A stretch of 64,000 nt of DNA from Octopus sinensis (taxonomy: Eukaryota), in contig NC_043002.1 in NCBI RefSeq assembly GCF_006345805.1, positions 78,120,001-78,184,000 of the forward strand, given 5' to 3'. Numbering within the stretch: the stretch's first letter is position 1; every line of letters starts with the position of its first letter. The position numbers and the translations under genes are program-made. The notes below the pieces were generated by a model. That model was not told where the DNA came from. It ran no database searches and saw only the letters and a program-made list of their open reading frames with translations. Below are positions 25,682-37,168 of this stretch, piece by piece.

Positions 25682-28659
25682 AAAGGTAACAAAAGGGTTA
25701 TATATTTTTTATGCTTCATACTGTTAGAATTAGCATTTATCTAAAATTTTATTCTTGATACTTTTACTATAGTTCAAGCAAATACTGTTAAATTCCAAAT
25801 GATTATACTGTGTTTATATTTGTTTCATTAAAGTATCCTAAATTTCTTTGACATTCATTTAACCTATCTTTCAAGATCACCTTTACGTCTGATCTAGATT
25901 TTATTTGTCATTTATTGAACAGTATTCTTTAGCCACCAGGATTCACTAACATAATAATAAAACAGATTTTTCAGAGAAGTTTTCCTACAGGGCAACCTCT
26001 CATTGCCTTCAAACTCTTTTATATTGTCACTCATTAATGTCTAAAAGAACAGTTATTTTAAAGAAAAATATCTACTTACCATAAGGGTAATTTAATTTCT
26101 TTGAAGCTCTTTTCTGTGTAAATATTTCTTATACAGATAGGATTATATTGGGTAATTATTGAATGTCCACACGTGTTTATCTCTCCGCCATTCCTTTTCA
26201 TTGTTAATAATACATAGCATATCATTGAACACTTATGATCTGTTTTCTGATATTTTACTCCACTTTACTCCCCACCACCAACTGAAGTACATAAGTTTCT
26301 ACTTTCATCAAATCTCTTAACATGCATATATAAGATTGAATTACTCTCTTTCTCATTCATTCATTCATTCATTCAAATCAGATGAAATGAATACCCATTA
26401 GAGTGTATTGTATAGCTTTGAATCTGAAAACATTGCCGCAGTTACTCAGGTACCAGAGTTTGATACTATACATGGAACTCAAGCACCTAAGTAGTAACCG
26501 ATATGGTTTTAGTTTATAATCACTTTCCCTCATTACCATTATTCTCCCCTTTCATAACCCTGTTTCCTTCTTATCATTTCTTCCCCTATCACATTGCTCA
26601 TGCTGTTTTTTATTCAGTCTCCTTACCAATGATTAACATGTAACTGCCTATCACTGTGTCTTTTCCATTACTCCCTCTCAGTTCTGTCACTCTGTTTCCT
26701 TTATGATGCTCATACTATCTTTTCAGCCATTCTCTTGGTCATATTTGCTTTGAACAGATGAAGGCAATTAGAAGTGAGAAGACTCTAGTGTTAGTGCTAT
26801 TATAAAATGCACTCAGTACATTCTGTAAAGTAGTTGGCATAAGGAAGGGCATCCAATGGACTGTATAAATGAAATGTGGCCCTCTGTTCCATTTAGGTGG
26901 GCAGTAACTCCAAATAGACATGCACTTAGACTGTGATGACTCTAGATGGAGGGTAATAAAATAAATGGTGTGTGTGTGTGTATCAACACACACACACTGT
27001 ATTATATGTATTCCATATTTTAGAAATAGAAACAATGATTGAAAAGACTTTAACGTGGTGGTATTCAATTTTAGAAGAATTGAATTTTATATTTTCATTG
27101 CCTTGTTTCATTTTATGTTCATTTTTCGTTTAATGGTTGTTGAAATCAGATAAATAAATAAGCAATTTAAAGATACCCTTGTTTCAGGGATAAGATTACA
27201 TTATGACTAAATACGATCCATAATATTATACAATGATTTCAACAGAACTTATTCAATCAATATTTACCTCACAATACTGTAACAAAGAGATCCAATGTTT
27301 TTGACTTTTCCTAACCAGAATTCAATCTAAATGATTGATTGATGTTGTTGGCTTCAGTAGAGGCTAATAGTTGTGGCATTTTTGTAGCATTCTTGTCTGT
27401 CTTAGTAGCATCTAAAAATTTGAGTTAACTAAAAGATTTAATGTTGCTACTTTCTGTACCTAATCTAATTTGAAGCAAAATAATGATAGCTTCTCAATGA
27501 TGCTGGTTTTGTGGATAGATTAATGTTATTTTTTTTTCTATTATATAATGTTAACGTGTTTGATGAAGTACAAATGAGCTATGTAAATAAGCTGGTATAA
27601 GAAGACTCAAATGTCATGTGCAAGAGAGAAGTCATTGCTATGCTATGTGATGTATGTAGATGGTGTAAGTTGCATAAAGGAGGGTGGGTCAAATGTTTGA
27701 ATTGGATGAAAGCTGTGTACACCCTTCCCCTTCCACATCAGTACACTAGAAAAGTAACTTTAAGCCTCCATATACTTTTACACTTTTAACCACTTCTTTC
27801 TTTTCACTCACATATACAATCACACATACTGCTGCAAGATATTTCTTACTTCTTGGATTTTAAATTGGCTTACAATAAACAATGTTGTTACTGTAACAGT
27901 TTATCGTCCTTTATTATGTGTTTTACACTGAATTTGTTGAATTCATTCACTTCACTTCAACCTAGAATGAGATAGTGGTTGTTTTTGTTTAAAGCATATG
28001 CTTGACAGTAACTATGGCACAGAGGTATTTGATTGATAAAACGGCTGGTGTAACTTCTGATACTATATTTCATGATGGATTTATTAGGCTAGCGTCATTA
28101 ATAAAAGAAATATATTGGTTATATTAAGTGTACAATTTATAGACAGAAGACCATTTTATGATTCATTAATGTTAGCTTGACTAAAATTTATAGTGAATTG
28201 CCTGGAGAGAAATAAAACACCATACATTATTAGTTAAACAGTTGGAATAGTTGATAAGGCATGTTACTATTTTATTACAGTATGGCATGTTATTGCTCTT
28301 GTCTTCTGGTGTGTTTTCTTGATATATAACATTTCTTATTCTTAGTATGACCAATGTGGAAAATATATTTTCTTAGGAGGTCTTAAGCTGATAATAGTGT
28401 GTTTACTCTAAAGTTTTAGTAGTATTTTAGGTACTGTTCTTTTATTGCCTAATGCCATAAACCCTAAGATTCTTATTTCTCTTGTTGATGACATTTAAAT
28501 ACTTCAAAAAAAAAAAAAAAGAAGATAAATTTAGAGTATATGAAAGCTATTTATCTTCATTTCATACTATTTAGGATGAAACCTACAGATGCTTCCACTC
28601 TTAAACAAAATGGAGCAATTTTGCTAAATTTCAAGACGAGTGAGTCTGTGTGTGTGTGA

Positions 28660-28760
28660 GCGCAGGCATGGCTTTGTGGTAAGAAGTTTGCTTCCCAACC
28701 ACATAGTTCCAGGTTCAGTCCCACTGTATAACACCTTGGGAAAATGTTTTCTACTATAGC
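28660..28760 (+). mobile_element. 5' fragment of a family A SINE
   Basis: GCGCAGGCATGGCTTTGTGGTAAG...GGTTCAGTCCCACTG matches the head of the 8001 copy. Confidence 0.7.
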
Positions 28761-28982
28761 AGGGAATATAATTTGTGTTAATAGTTTTCTTAGCTAATTA
28801 AGCATTCTATGAAACAAAAAATTTAAATAACTGTCTAAAGGACACACAGTTGAACTTAATTTTTGGTTTGCTTATGACATTTAAAATAGTTATAAGATTA
28901 TGCTAATGTTGCCACCCAACACTAGTTTCTTTAGATTCTATTGTTTTATTATTAGTAGAAATAGGTCTTCTGATGAATCAGT

Positions 28983-29956
28983 CTTTGTAGTAAAGATTGT
29001 TTGCCAACATAACATGGCAGTCCAAGTTTAGGATGAATGTTGCTGTAATTTAGCCCCAGGAGACATCATCTCCAGCTGGTTATATGACGCGATCTGTGTC
29101 CTTATATTTTCAAACAAGGGAATCTAGCAGCCACCACTCAACTCAAAACAATATCTGCATATTGCGATTTCCTGGTTATTTCCCTTCATCAGCACAATAA
29201 CTCTTTGGCTAGAGGTGGCGCTGTCAAGTTCCCGTTTGAAATATATAGTTTTCAAAGTGACAACTAGTCACTGATCTATAAATTAGAAAATTACTACTTT
29301 TAAATCACACAACGTGAGAAATTCAGCTACAGTACTTTGTAGTAAAGATTATTTGCCAACATAGCATGGCAGTCCCGGTTTAGGACTAACGTTGCTGTAA
29401 TTTAGCCCCAGGAAACATTGTCTCCAGCTGGCTATATGACACAATCTGTGTCCTTATATTTTTGAACAAGGGAATCTAGCACCCTCACTCAGCTCAAAAC
29501 AATATCTGTGTATCGTTATTTCCCTTCATCAGCTAGAGGTGGCACTGCCAAATTCTCGTTCGAAATATATCTCACATTGTGAGATTTAAAAATAATAATT
29601 TTCTAATTTATAGATCAGTGACTAGTTGTCACTTTGGAAACTATATATTTTGAACGGGAATCTGGTAGCGCCACCTCTAGCCAAACAATTATTCTGTGCT
29701 GATGAAGGGAAATAACCTGGAAATCGCGATACACAGGTATTGTTTTGAGCTGAGTGGGGGTGCTAGATTCCCTTGTTCGAAAATATAAGGACACAGATCG
29801 TGTTGTATAGCCAGCTGGAGACGATGTCTCCTGAGGCTAAATTACAGCAACATCCATCTTAAACCAGGACTGCCATGTTATGTTGGCAAACAATCTTTAC
29901 TACAAAGTACTGTTGCCGAATATCTCACGTTGTGAGATTTAAAAATAGTAATTTTC
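28983..29956. repeat. Fold-back array of a ~352-bp unit (forward unit plus partial unit, then inverted unit plus partial unit)
   Basis: The unit start CTTTGTAGTAAAGATT recurs at 28983 and 29335. About 29568-29907 is the reverse complement of the unit. AATCAGTCTTTGT occurs at 28976-28988 and 29958-29970. Confidence 0.85.
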
Positions 29957-30664
29957 AAATCAGTCTTTGTTTTGATTTTTCTGTTTTCAATAACCATTTA
30001 CTTACTTAACATTGCAATTGTTTATAACTAATCAATTATTCTTTTAGTTTTGTTCCAAAGCATTTCCTTAATTTAAAATTTCTTCACTTGTAAATGTTTG
30101 CACATTTTGCAAAAAATAAGAAAAATGAACAAAACTGTTTGAACCTGTTATGTTTCCATTCTTGTTTCATGAGATTATATGTAAAAAAAAATATAAGCAA
30201 CAATGAAATAACAAAATGTTTGTTTAAATTTACTTAGTAAATTATTTGATAAGTAAATTTTCAAATAATTTACTTATCAAATTATTATGATGTAGTGATG
30301 TATACCTCACATCAAGATAGTGTTTATGTTTTGAGTGAAAAAATTGTTTTATATTAATATTTATAATTAAAATATTTTGAAAATTTTCTTTACTTCTGGG
30401 GACGTTCTAGCGTAATTTTACCTTGTATACATATATTTAACTTCAAAAATATAAAATAGTTTGTTTTTTTAAATATAATTCTTTGGCTTTCTTATTTTAT
30501 TTTATTTTAAATTGCTGTATTAGCAATTAATTATTTTTGGTGAATTTATAAGTTTATATTATTAAAGTTTTACACTTTCATCTTTACTACCAACAGTGTT
30601 ATGGTATGTGGTACTTTTTTCCTTTTTGGTTTTTGTACAGCTGCTTATATTTGTACTTGATTAG

Positions 30665-30769
30665 GTCAACTACCACAGTGACTTTGAAAAACAAAAGGGT
30701 TCTTACACTGCTGTAGCTGAACCTATTGAATTGAAACAACATTTGGAAAACACAAAGAACATGAGTTTG
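30665..30769 (+). CDS. Lasp: Lasp internal exon, nebulin repeat N2 (VNYHSDFEKQKGSYTAVAEPIELKQHLENTKNMSL), 105 nt, phase 0-0
   Basis: gattAG|GTCAAC acceptor, TTG|GTATAA donor, stop-free. Versus N3, 13 differing codons are synonymous and 5 non-synonymous. Confidence 0.85.
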
Positions 30770-31175
30770 GTATAAATTGTGAAAATTGATACCCTTTTTT
30801 TTTTTTTTTTTTAAACTTTATTGTAAGAGAGATAATTTTAACATTTATTTTGTTAATTTTGAAAATAACTTTGTAAAGTATATCTGCAATTGGATTTATG
30901 AATAATTGTGAAGTCATGAAAGCTTTTGAATTATGTGCAGAGATTTTATTAAGATCTAGTTTTTATAATTGACATTTTAATATCGATTACAATTTCTATT
31001 TAACTATTTAAGTTTTTTTCTTCAAATAATCAGTAATCTGTATTTTTAGTCAATAAGCTTCCATATGTTACACACACTCACAAATATACATACACATACA
31101 CACACACAAACACACACACAATAATAGTGGTAGAGAAAAAACAACATTATTAAGTCCTCCTTGATCCATTAACAG

Positions 31176-31280
31176 GTAAACTACCACAGTGATTTTGAGA
31201 AACAGAAGGGTTCCTATACTGCTGTTGCAGAACCTATGGATGTAAAGCGACACTTGGAAAACACAAAAAACATCAGCCTG
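31176..31280 (+). CDS. Lasp: Lasp internal exon, nebulin repeat N3 (VNYHSDFEKQKGSYTAVAEPMDVKRHLENTKNISL), 105 nt, phase 0-0
   Basis: aacAG|GTAAAC acceptor, CTG|GTATAT donor, stop-free, paralogous to N2 and N4. Confidence 0.85.
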
Positions 31281-32230
31281 GTATATTAAATTATGATGCA
31301 TGATTAAGATAATTATCCCACGTGTGTCTACTCTATTTTTCCCCCCTATTATGACATGGGAGTTATTTATCAATATATTTTTTAAGATGAGATTTTCTCT
31401 AAATTTAGGCATTATTGAAGTAATGGCCAGTTTTAAACCTGCATTAAATTTTTTATTTATTTATATTAAGGCCTTAATGTAAATTAGGGAAAATAAGTTA
31501 CATTTATAGATTCATAATTATAGTTGCAAATGATAATGTTATAGTATTGTAATGAATAACTTTCCATATTCAGTAATGAAATTTTTTTTGTATAGACTTA
31601 CAAAAATATTGGAGCATGACATATTCCTGTAAAGCATCTTAGATGTTATTGGCATGGGGTGGGGATGGAACGTTGACTATATTTTAAGCTTTAATTCAAA
31701 AGATTGTGAGCTCACTATCTACTGTTTAAAAATCTTTATTTTTATCAGTTTGTCTAAGGTGGGGGGCAAATGAGATCTCCAGGTATTCTGGAAACCATGA
31801 TGTTTGTGTTAGAGTAATCAGTACTAAGATGTATATGGTGCTTGACTACTCATGTTTTAAGATCTGGAACAGGTTCCACACTAAAATTTTTCTGACATGA
31901 GGAATATAAATTATATTTCTTATACATGTAGATAATTTTAATTGTGGGGGAATGAAATCTGTTTGAGTATAATAAACTAAAAGGGCTCCTCCGATCCATT
32001 AGAACACTCTTCAAGAATTGATCTACCACATCAAGGGCAAGTTATCTAATGGTTCCAACTGAGAATCACAAACTTGACATGGCTCACTAAAAGCTTATGC
32101 TCTAATGCATCTTGTATCTAATGTGGTACATAAACCAAAAGTTCAGCAGAGAAATAATTTGTTTGACAACTCACTATATCGATCATATTTGTAAGTATAA
32201 GAAATAAAAGTTCTTTTGATCCATTGATAG

Positions 32231-32335
32231 GTAAACTACCACAGTGATTTTGAGAAACAGAAAGGTTGCTATACAATGGTAGCAGAACCTATGGATATAA
32301 AACAACATTTGGAAAACACCAAAAATATCAGTCTG
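32231..32335 (+). CDS. Lasp: Lasp internal exon, nebulin repeat N4 (VNYHSDFEKQKGCYTMVAEPMDIKQHLENTKNISL), 105 nt, phase 0-0
   Basis: gatAG|GTAAAC acceptor, CTG|GTATAT donor. 31/35 aa identical to N3, with 8 synonymous and 4 non-synonymous codon differences. Confidence 0.85.
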
Positions 32336-34892
32336 GTATATAAAGTTATGATGCATGGAAGGGTTGTTTGTTGCCATTTGGTGTTGACTAGTTTTCTGAG
32401 ATCCATTGATTCTGCTGCACTTCAAATAATGAAAATATTAATCCTTTTTTTTTTTTTTTCTTTTTTGGTGATATCATTTTTGTATTGTGAAATTAATAAG
32501 AGCATTATATATTTGACATGATTGTAGCATATTTAGTTTCAACTTTTAATATTTGGATAGTTAAATATTCAGATATAAAAAATTTTCAATAATGTTCTTG
32601 AGTTTGGCTCCATTAGTAACAAAGATTTATATTCCTCATGTGATGTTAGGTGATGTAGAGTCAATTTTAAGAATATATAGTTTAATCAAGACACAATGGA
32701 AATTTTAGAAAAAAACATTTTCAATTTTTTTTTTTTTAGGTAACACTTCATTTCAAAAATATTTTACTCTTTAAAATAATGTGTGTTTTCTGACCCCAAT
32801 TTTTTTTTTAAATCATAAGTGTGCCTGTTTCTGTTTTCTTCTCTAAATTAACTAATATTTTTGAAAAATAGCTAGTCATTACTGTTCATTTATTTTTATT
32901 AGTGTAAAATCTGAAAAGTTTTCCACTTAGTGAGAGAAAAAAAGAAATTTCTCAAAATTTAAGGGCTGAAATTTGAGTTGCTAGTTATATTAAAAAACAA
33001 ATGAAAAGAGAATCTAATTATAGATATTTAATACTTCATCTATTTATGATAAACAATAGTGTGATATTTTGTAATTAGGGAGGGATCCATAAACAGGTGC
33101 CTTCAACACCATGTACTACAATGAATTATGATGTTCTCATTTTTTGAAAGATCTTAACATGAAGTTTCCACACCAGAAATTGAAACTGGGAATCAAAATC
33201 ACTTCTGTGGTGCTTACCTTTCATTTTATAGAAATATTTTTATTTTCAGTCACCACTTTTCATAATCTTTGAGCAATTTCTTTTGCACACCAACATTTTA
33301 TAAGAATATTGCTATAAATTAACTCCTAGCTCAACATTTTTAAACATTGCTATTTTACATTATCTGTTGATGATGTTAGATGCTTTTAAAAAATATGACT
33401 CAGTACCAGCTTATTTTTGTTTGTATTATTCATATGACTGAAGAAGTGAATATAATTTTAGGATGATATTGTACTAGTGCTCTAGGCCAGTTTGATTGAG
33501 CAAACCATGTCAATTCTTTCTTTTTTCATTTATAGTATATCTAAAACCACATTATTTAATGTGTTCTTTCTTTGACAGTAAGGCATGATTTGAGTGAGAT
33601 TTAGCTGTTATTTTTAACATGTCAGGCAATCCTGTAAGCTCAATTTGTAGCCAAGTATATCGACTGTTGACTCAATTAGTGCTCCAATATATTGATTATG
33701 TGGATGTAGGACAATGTAGTTATAGGTTGTATTTTGACCAGGAATTACTCTTGTATTTATCCAAAGGACACAGGAACTGATTAATGTCTCAAAATTGGAC
33801 ATAGAAAATGATTAGTGTTCCAAGATTAATGCAATAAATAAAATATTTATTCTCTTAACTGCACAGAACCATAATAAGGAACTTCCACTCTAGTTCAGTG
33901 ACATTAAGACAGCTATGAAATCTATGATTATCTGTTTTTCTGTAAAGTTTTGTCTTACATTAGTTTTACTAATCTCACTAAATGTAGAAATAGGTTTTCT
34001 TTTCCCCTTTTTTTAATAGCTTACTTCTAAAAAAAATTATTCTTACAAATAAATGCACAACCTACTTACATGTGTGTATGTATGAATATATACACACATG
34101 TATATACATATAAACAAATATATATACATGTATATACACAAACATATATTTAACATATACACATGTATGTATATGCATTTATATATAGTAGTAGTTTCAG
34201 CACTTTTTTTTTTTTGTGAAATTATTAATAAAGACTTATTCCTTTCTCCCATGTTTTTAATATTGTATTTTTTTTTATTTGTCATGAACTGAAAAATTAA
34301 TTCAGTACCAATTTGTTTGATTCATTACCATCATGTAAAACATTTTAAAAATGTTAGGCAGCAACTTTGAGAAAACAGAATTTTAGAGTTGCATTTTTTT
34401 GTTGTTTTTTTTCTGTTTCTTAATAAAAAAGAAAAAGAAAGTCATTAAAAAGAATATTTTCTTTTTAATGTAATAGAATAAGTGACAATTTCTACAGATT
34501 AATTATTAATTTTTAAATTAAAATACTAAGTAGGAAGGATTGTGTTTATAGAATTTATATAGAAAGTTGTTTGTATTTCTTCTTAGTAATTTAACTGATA
34601 CACTTCATACATAGAAATTTAAAGGTCATGTTACATATATATTTCTTACATCATAAGCGTTTAGAATTTTTGAGAGATATGAAACCAACTGCTTTAGATG
34701 GTGGAACTTGAAGTAGATAAAGCTATAAATGATATCCTGGCCTGTGGAATATTGGCTTAAAAAAACCTTGGATGGAAAAAGTTGTAGAACATCTGTCATG
34801 TTTACAAAAGATGTTTCCATTCCAAGGTTTTTTTAAACCTAATATTTTACACATTACTATTTATAACTTTATCTATTTCAAATTCTATCAAA

Positions 34893-34895
<3 letters not shown>

Positions 34896-34966
<71 letters not shown>
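34896..34966. repeat. (TA)n microsatellite ~135 nt upstream of exon N5
   Basis: Long TA run with one interruption. Confidence 0.95.
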
Positions 34967-34969
<3 letters not shown>

Positions 34970-35101
34970 ACTTGAAATGATTTTGTTTGATGCTCTCTAC
35001 ATGTAAATTTTAGAAACACTTCTTAATCAGATTGGCTATGTCTCTGTATTCCTTTCTTAATGATGATGATAATTTATTTGCTGTGAAATTACCTATGACA
35101 G

Positions 35102-35206
35102 ATTCAGTACCACAGTGACTTCGAAAAGCAGAAAGGTAACGTCACACCCGTTGCTGACACTTTGGAAATGAAGCGTCACACAGAAAATGCAAGGAACATT
35201 AGTTCG
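35102..35206 (+). CDS. Lasp: Lasp internal exon, nebulin repeat N5 (IQYHSDFEKQKGNVTPVADTLEMKRHTENARNISS), 105 nt, phase 0-0
   Basis: gacAG|ATT acceptor, TCG|GTACAA donor, stop-free nebulin-like module. Confidence 0.82.
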
Positions 35207-37060
35207 GTACAAATTATATATATCTGTATAGCATGAAATTATCAATTGCCTGTTGGCATTACAATTTTGTGCTACTAACCATCTTCTCCATCCAGTTTTA
35301 TCCTTTACCCCTGATCACTTTTCTGTTGTTTAGAATGATTGACTTCCCTTCAATCAATACAGCATGTCTTGTTGAAAAGGCACACACTGAGTATTGTGTT
35401 ATTTATAACTCACTTTGATACTCAACCAGCTTTTGCTCCACCACTTCTATCACTTCCTTTTATTTAGCTAATCTAGTTTTAGTTTGTGAAACTAGATATA
35501 CTATTGATACATATACATACTTAGAGGTAAGTATAATTGTAATAAAACTCCTTCAAATCCTTCAATATCTAGTAACATTTAAGTGTTAAAAAAAAAATTA
35601 TTATTTTGGTGTGTGTTGTTTTTCTTAAAGTATTAAACATGTTCAATTTTTATCACTTTAGCATGTATCAAAGTTTCTACTTCCAGTTTAATATAACCTT
35701 CCATGTTTGTTGTTTCTAATAATATTTAGTATCTACATACAATTTGGTCAGTTTTTCAACAGAAGAATGAAATGCTCATTTTCCATTTTAGCCACTTCTA
35801 TTCATTTACTCTTTTATTCATTCTACAACTGAAGCTAGTCAGTGAAATCAGACTAGGCTTTTATTTTTTCTGGTTTCTGAAACCAGTACAGTTTTATGAT
35901 ACAGTTCTATTGAACCAATTGTATGGGTTTCTAGTGGGTGTGTGTGTATCTCCATTATTCTCTCTTTCATGTCTGTGGACAATATTTGATACCTAGCTTT
36001 TGGCTAGATCTCTTTATACAATGTTTTAGATGAAATGTTTTCTATAGTGCTACATGACAAAACCCAGATTGTAAGAAGTAGATGCAGGTTTGTCTATTGA
36101 TATTTATCCTTCAGTCAGTTTGTTTACTTTAAATTGTTACACTAGTGAATGTACAGAAAATAAAGGGATATTTGAATTGTTCATTGGATTCTTCTTGTCT
36201 GAGCATGTAACTATGTCGTTTGAGCATAGTTTATTGTATACGAGACTATATCTATCTCTGTAGAGATTAGATACAGAGATTTCAGATAACCTCTAATTTG
36301 ATATTGTTAATGAGCTATAATGTCTGAAACATTTACAGCCATTATATATATATGATTTTTATTCTAATAAATATTCTACCTTTTATCTCAGACTAAATAT
36401 CTGCTGTTTGCATATATGTGCGAGTGCACACCTATTTTTGCACATATTATTTATAAAAAATGGTATGAATTGCACTTGACATAAAATTTTTTTTTATACA
36501 GAAAGTTTTTAAAGTAATGTACATTGAATGTATATTTATAAATATATATGCACACTCAAGCACATATATGCTGTTTTTTCCCTTTATAAAGATCATTACT
36601 TATATAACATTTCTTTTTCTGTTTTTTAGGCCAAAACAGTTTTGATATTTGATGACAGAATTTTTAAACATTTCTATTAATTCCTTTATTATTTTTTTAA
36701 TATTCACCTGTGATTTATTATTGATTTTAGGTTTTAGCCAGTATCTATTGTAAAAAATTATTTAAATTTCATTGTCTTTCTGTTTGGTACTTAAAAAAAA
36801 CTTTTGCATTGAACACAGTTTTCTAAATCCAGGAGAGGTAAATAATTTCTCTAAATATACTTCTCCAAATGTCAATACAATGTAAAGTTGAATTGTTTGA
36901 AATGTGGTTCTCTGTATTTGTTGTTGTGCTTCTGACTTATTTAATGAAAATAAATTATTTTAGTCTTCCTTGTCCTAGTATATATATTTTTTTCTGTATT
37001 CTATTTACCAAAGAAACTGATTAGTTTCATGTCTGTGGAAATTACTATTAACATTCACAG

Positions 37061-37168
37061 ATGCATTATCGAAGTGATTTTACTAAACTGAAAGGGACAG
37101 CCACTCAAGTGACTGTGGAGTCTCTTGAAATGAAAAGACATGCTGAAAATGCCAAGAACCTCAGTGCG
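37061..37168 (+). CDS. Lasp: Lasp internal exon, divergent nebulin repeat N6 (MHYRSDFTKLKGTATQVTVESLEMKRHAENAKNLSA), 108 nt, phase 0-0
   Basis: ttcacAG|ATG acceptor, GCG|GTACTA donor, 36 open codons, shares EMKRH.ENA.N.S with N5 and N7. Confidence 0.78.

Noticed and set aside
32336-32521. Open read-through of N4 into its intron giving a hydrophobic tail
   Set aside because: Hydrophobicity comes from T-rich intron sequence. The paralogous N3 read-through stops immediately.
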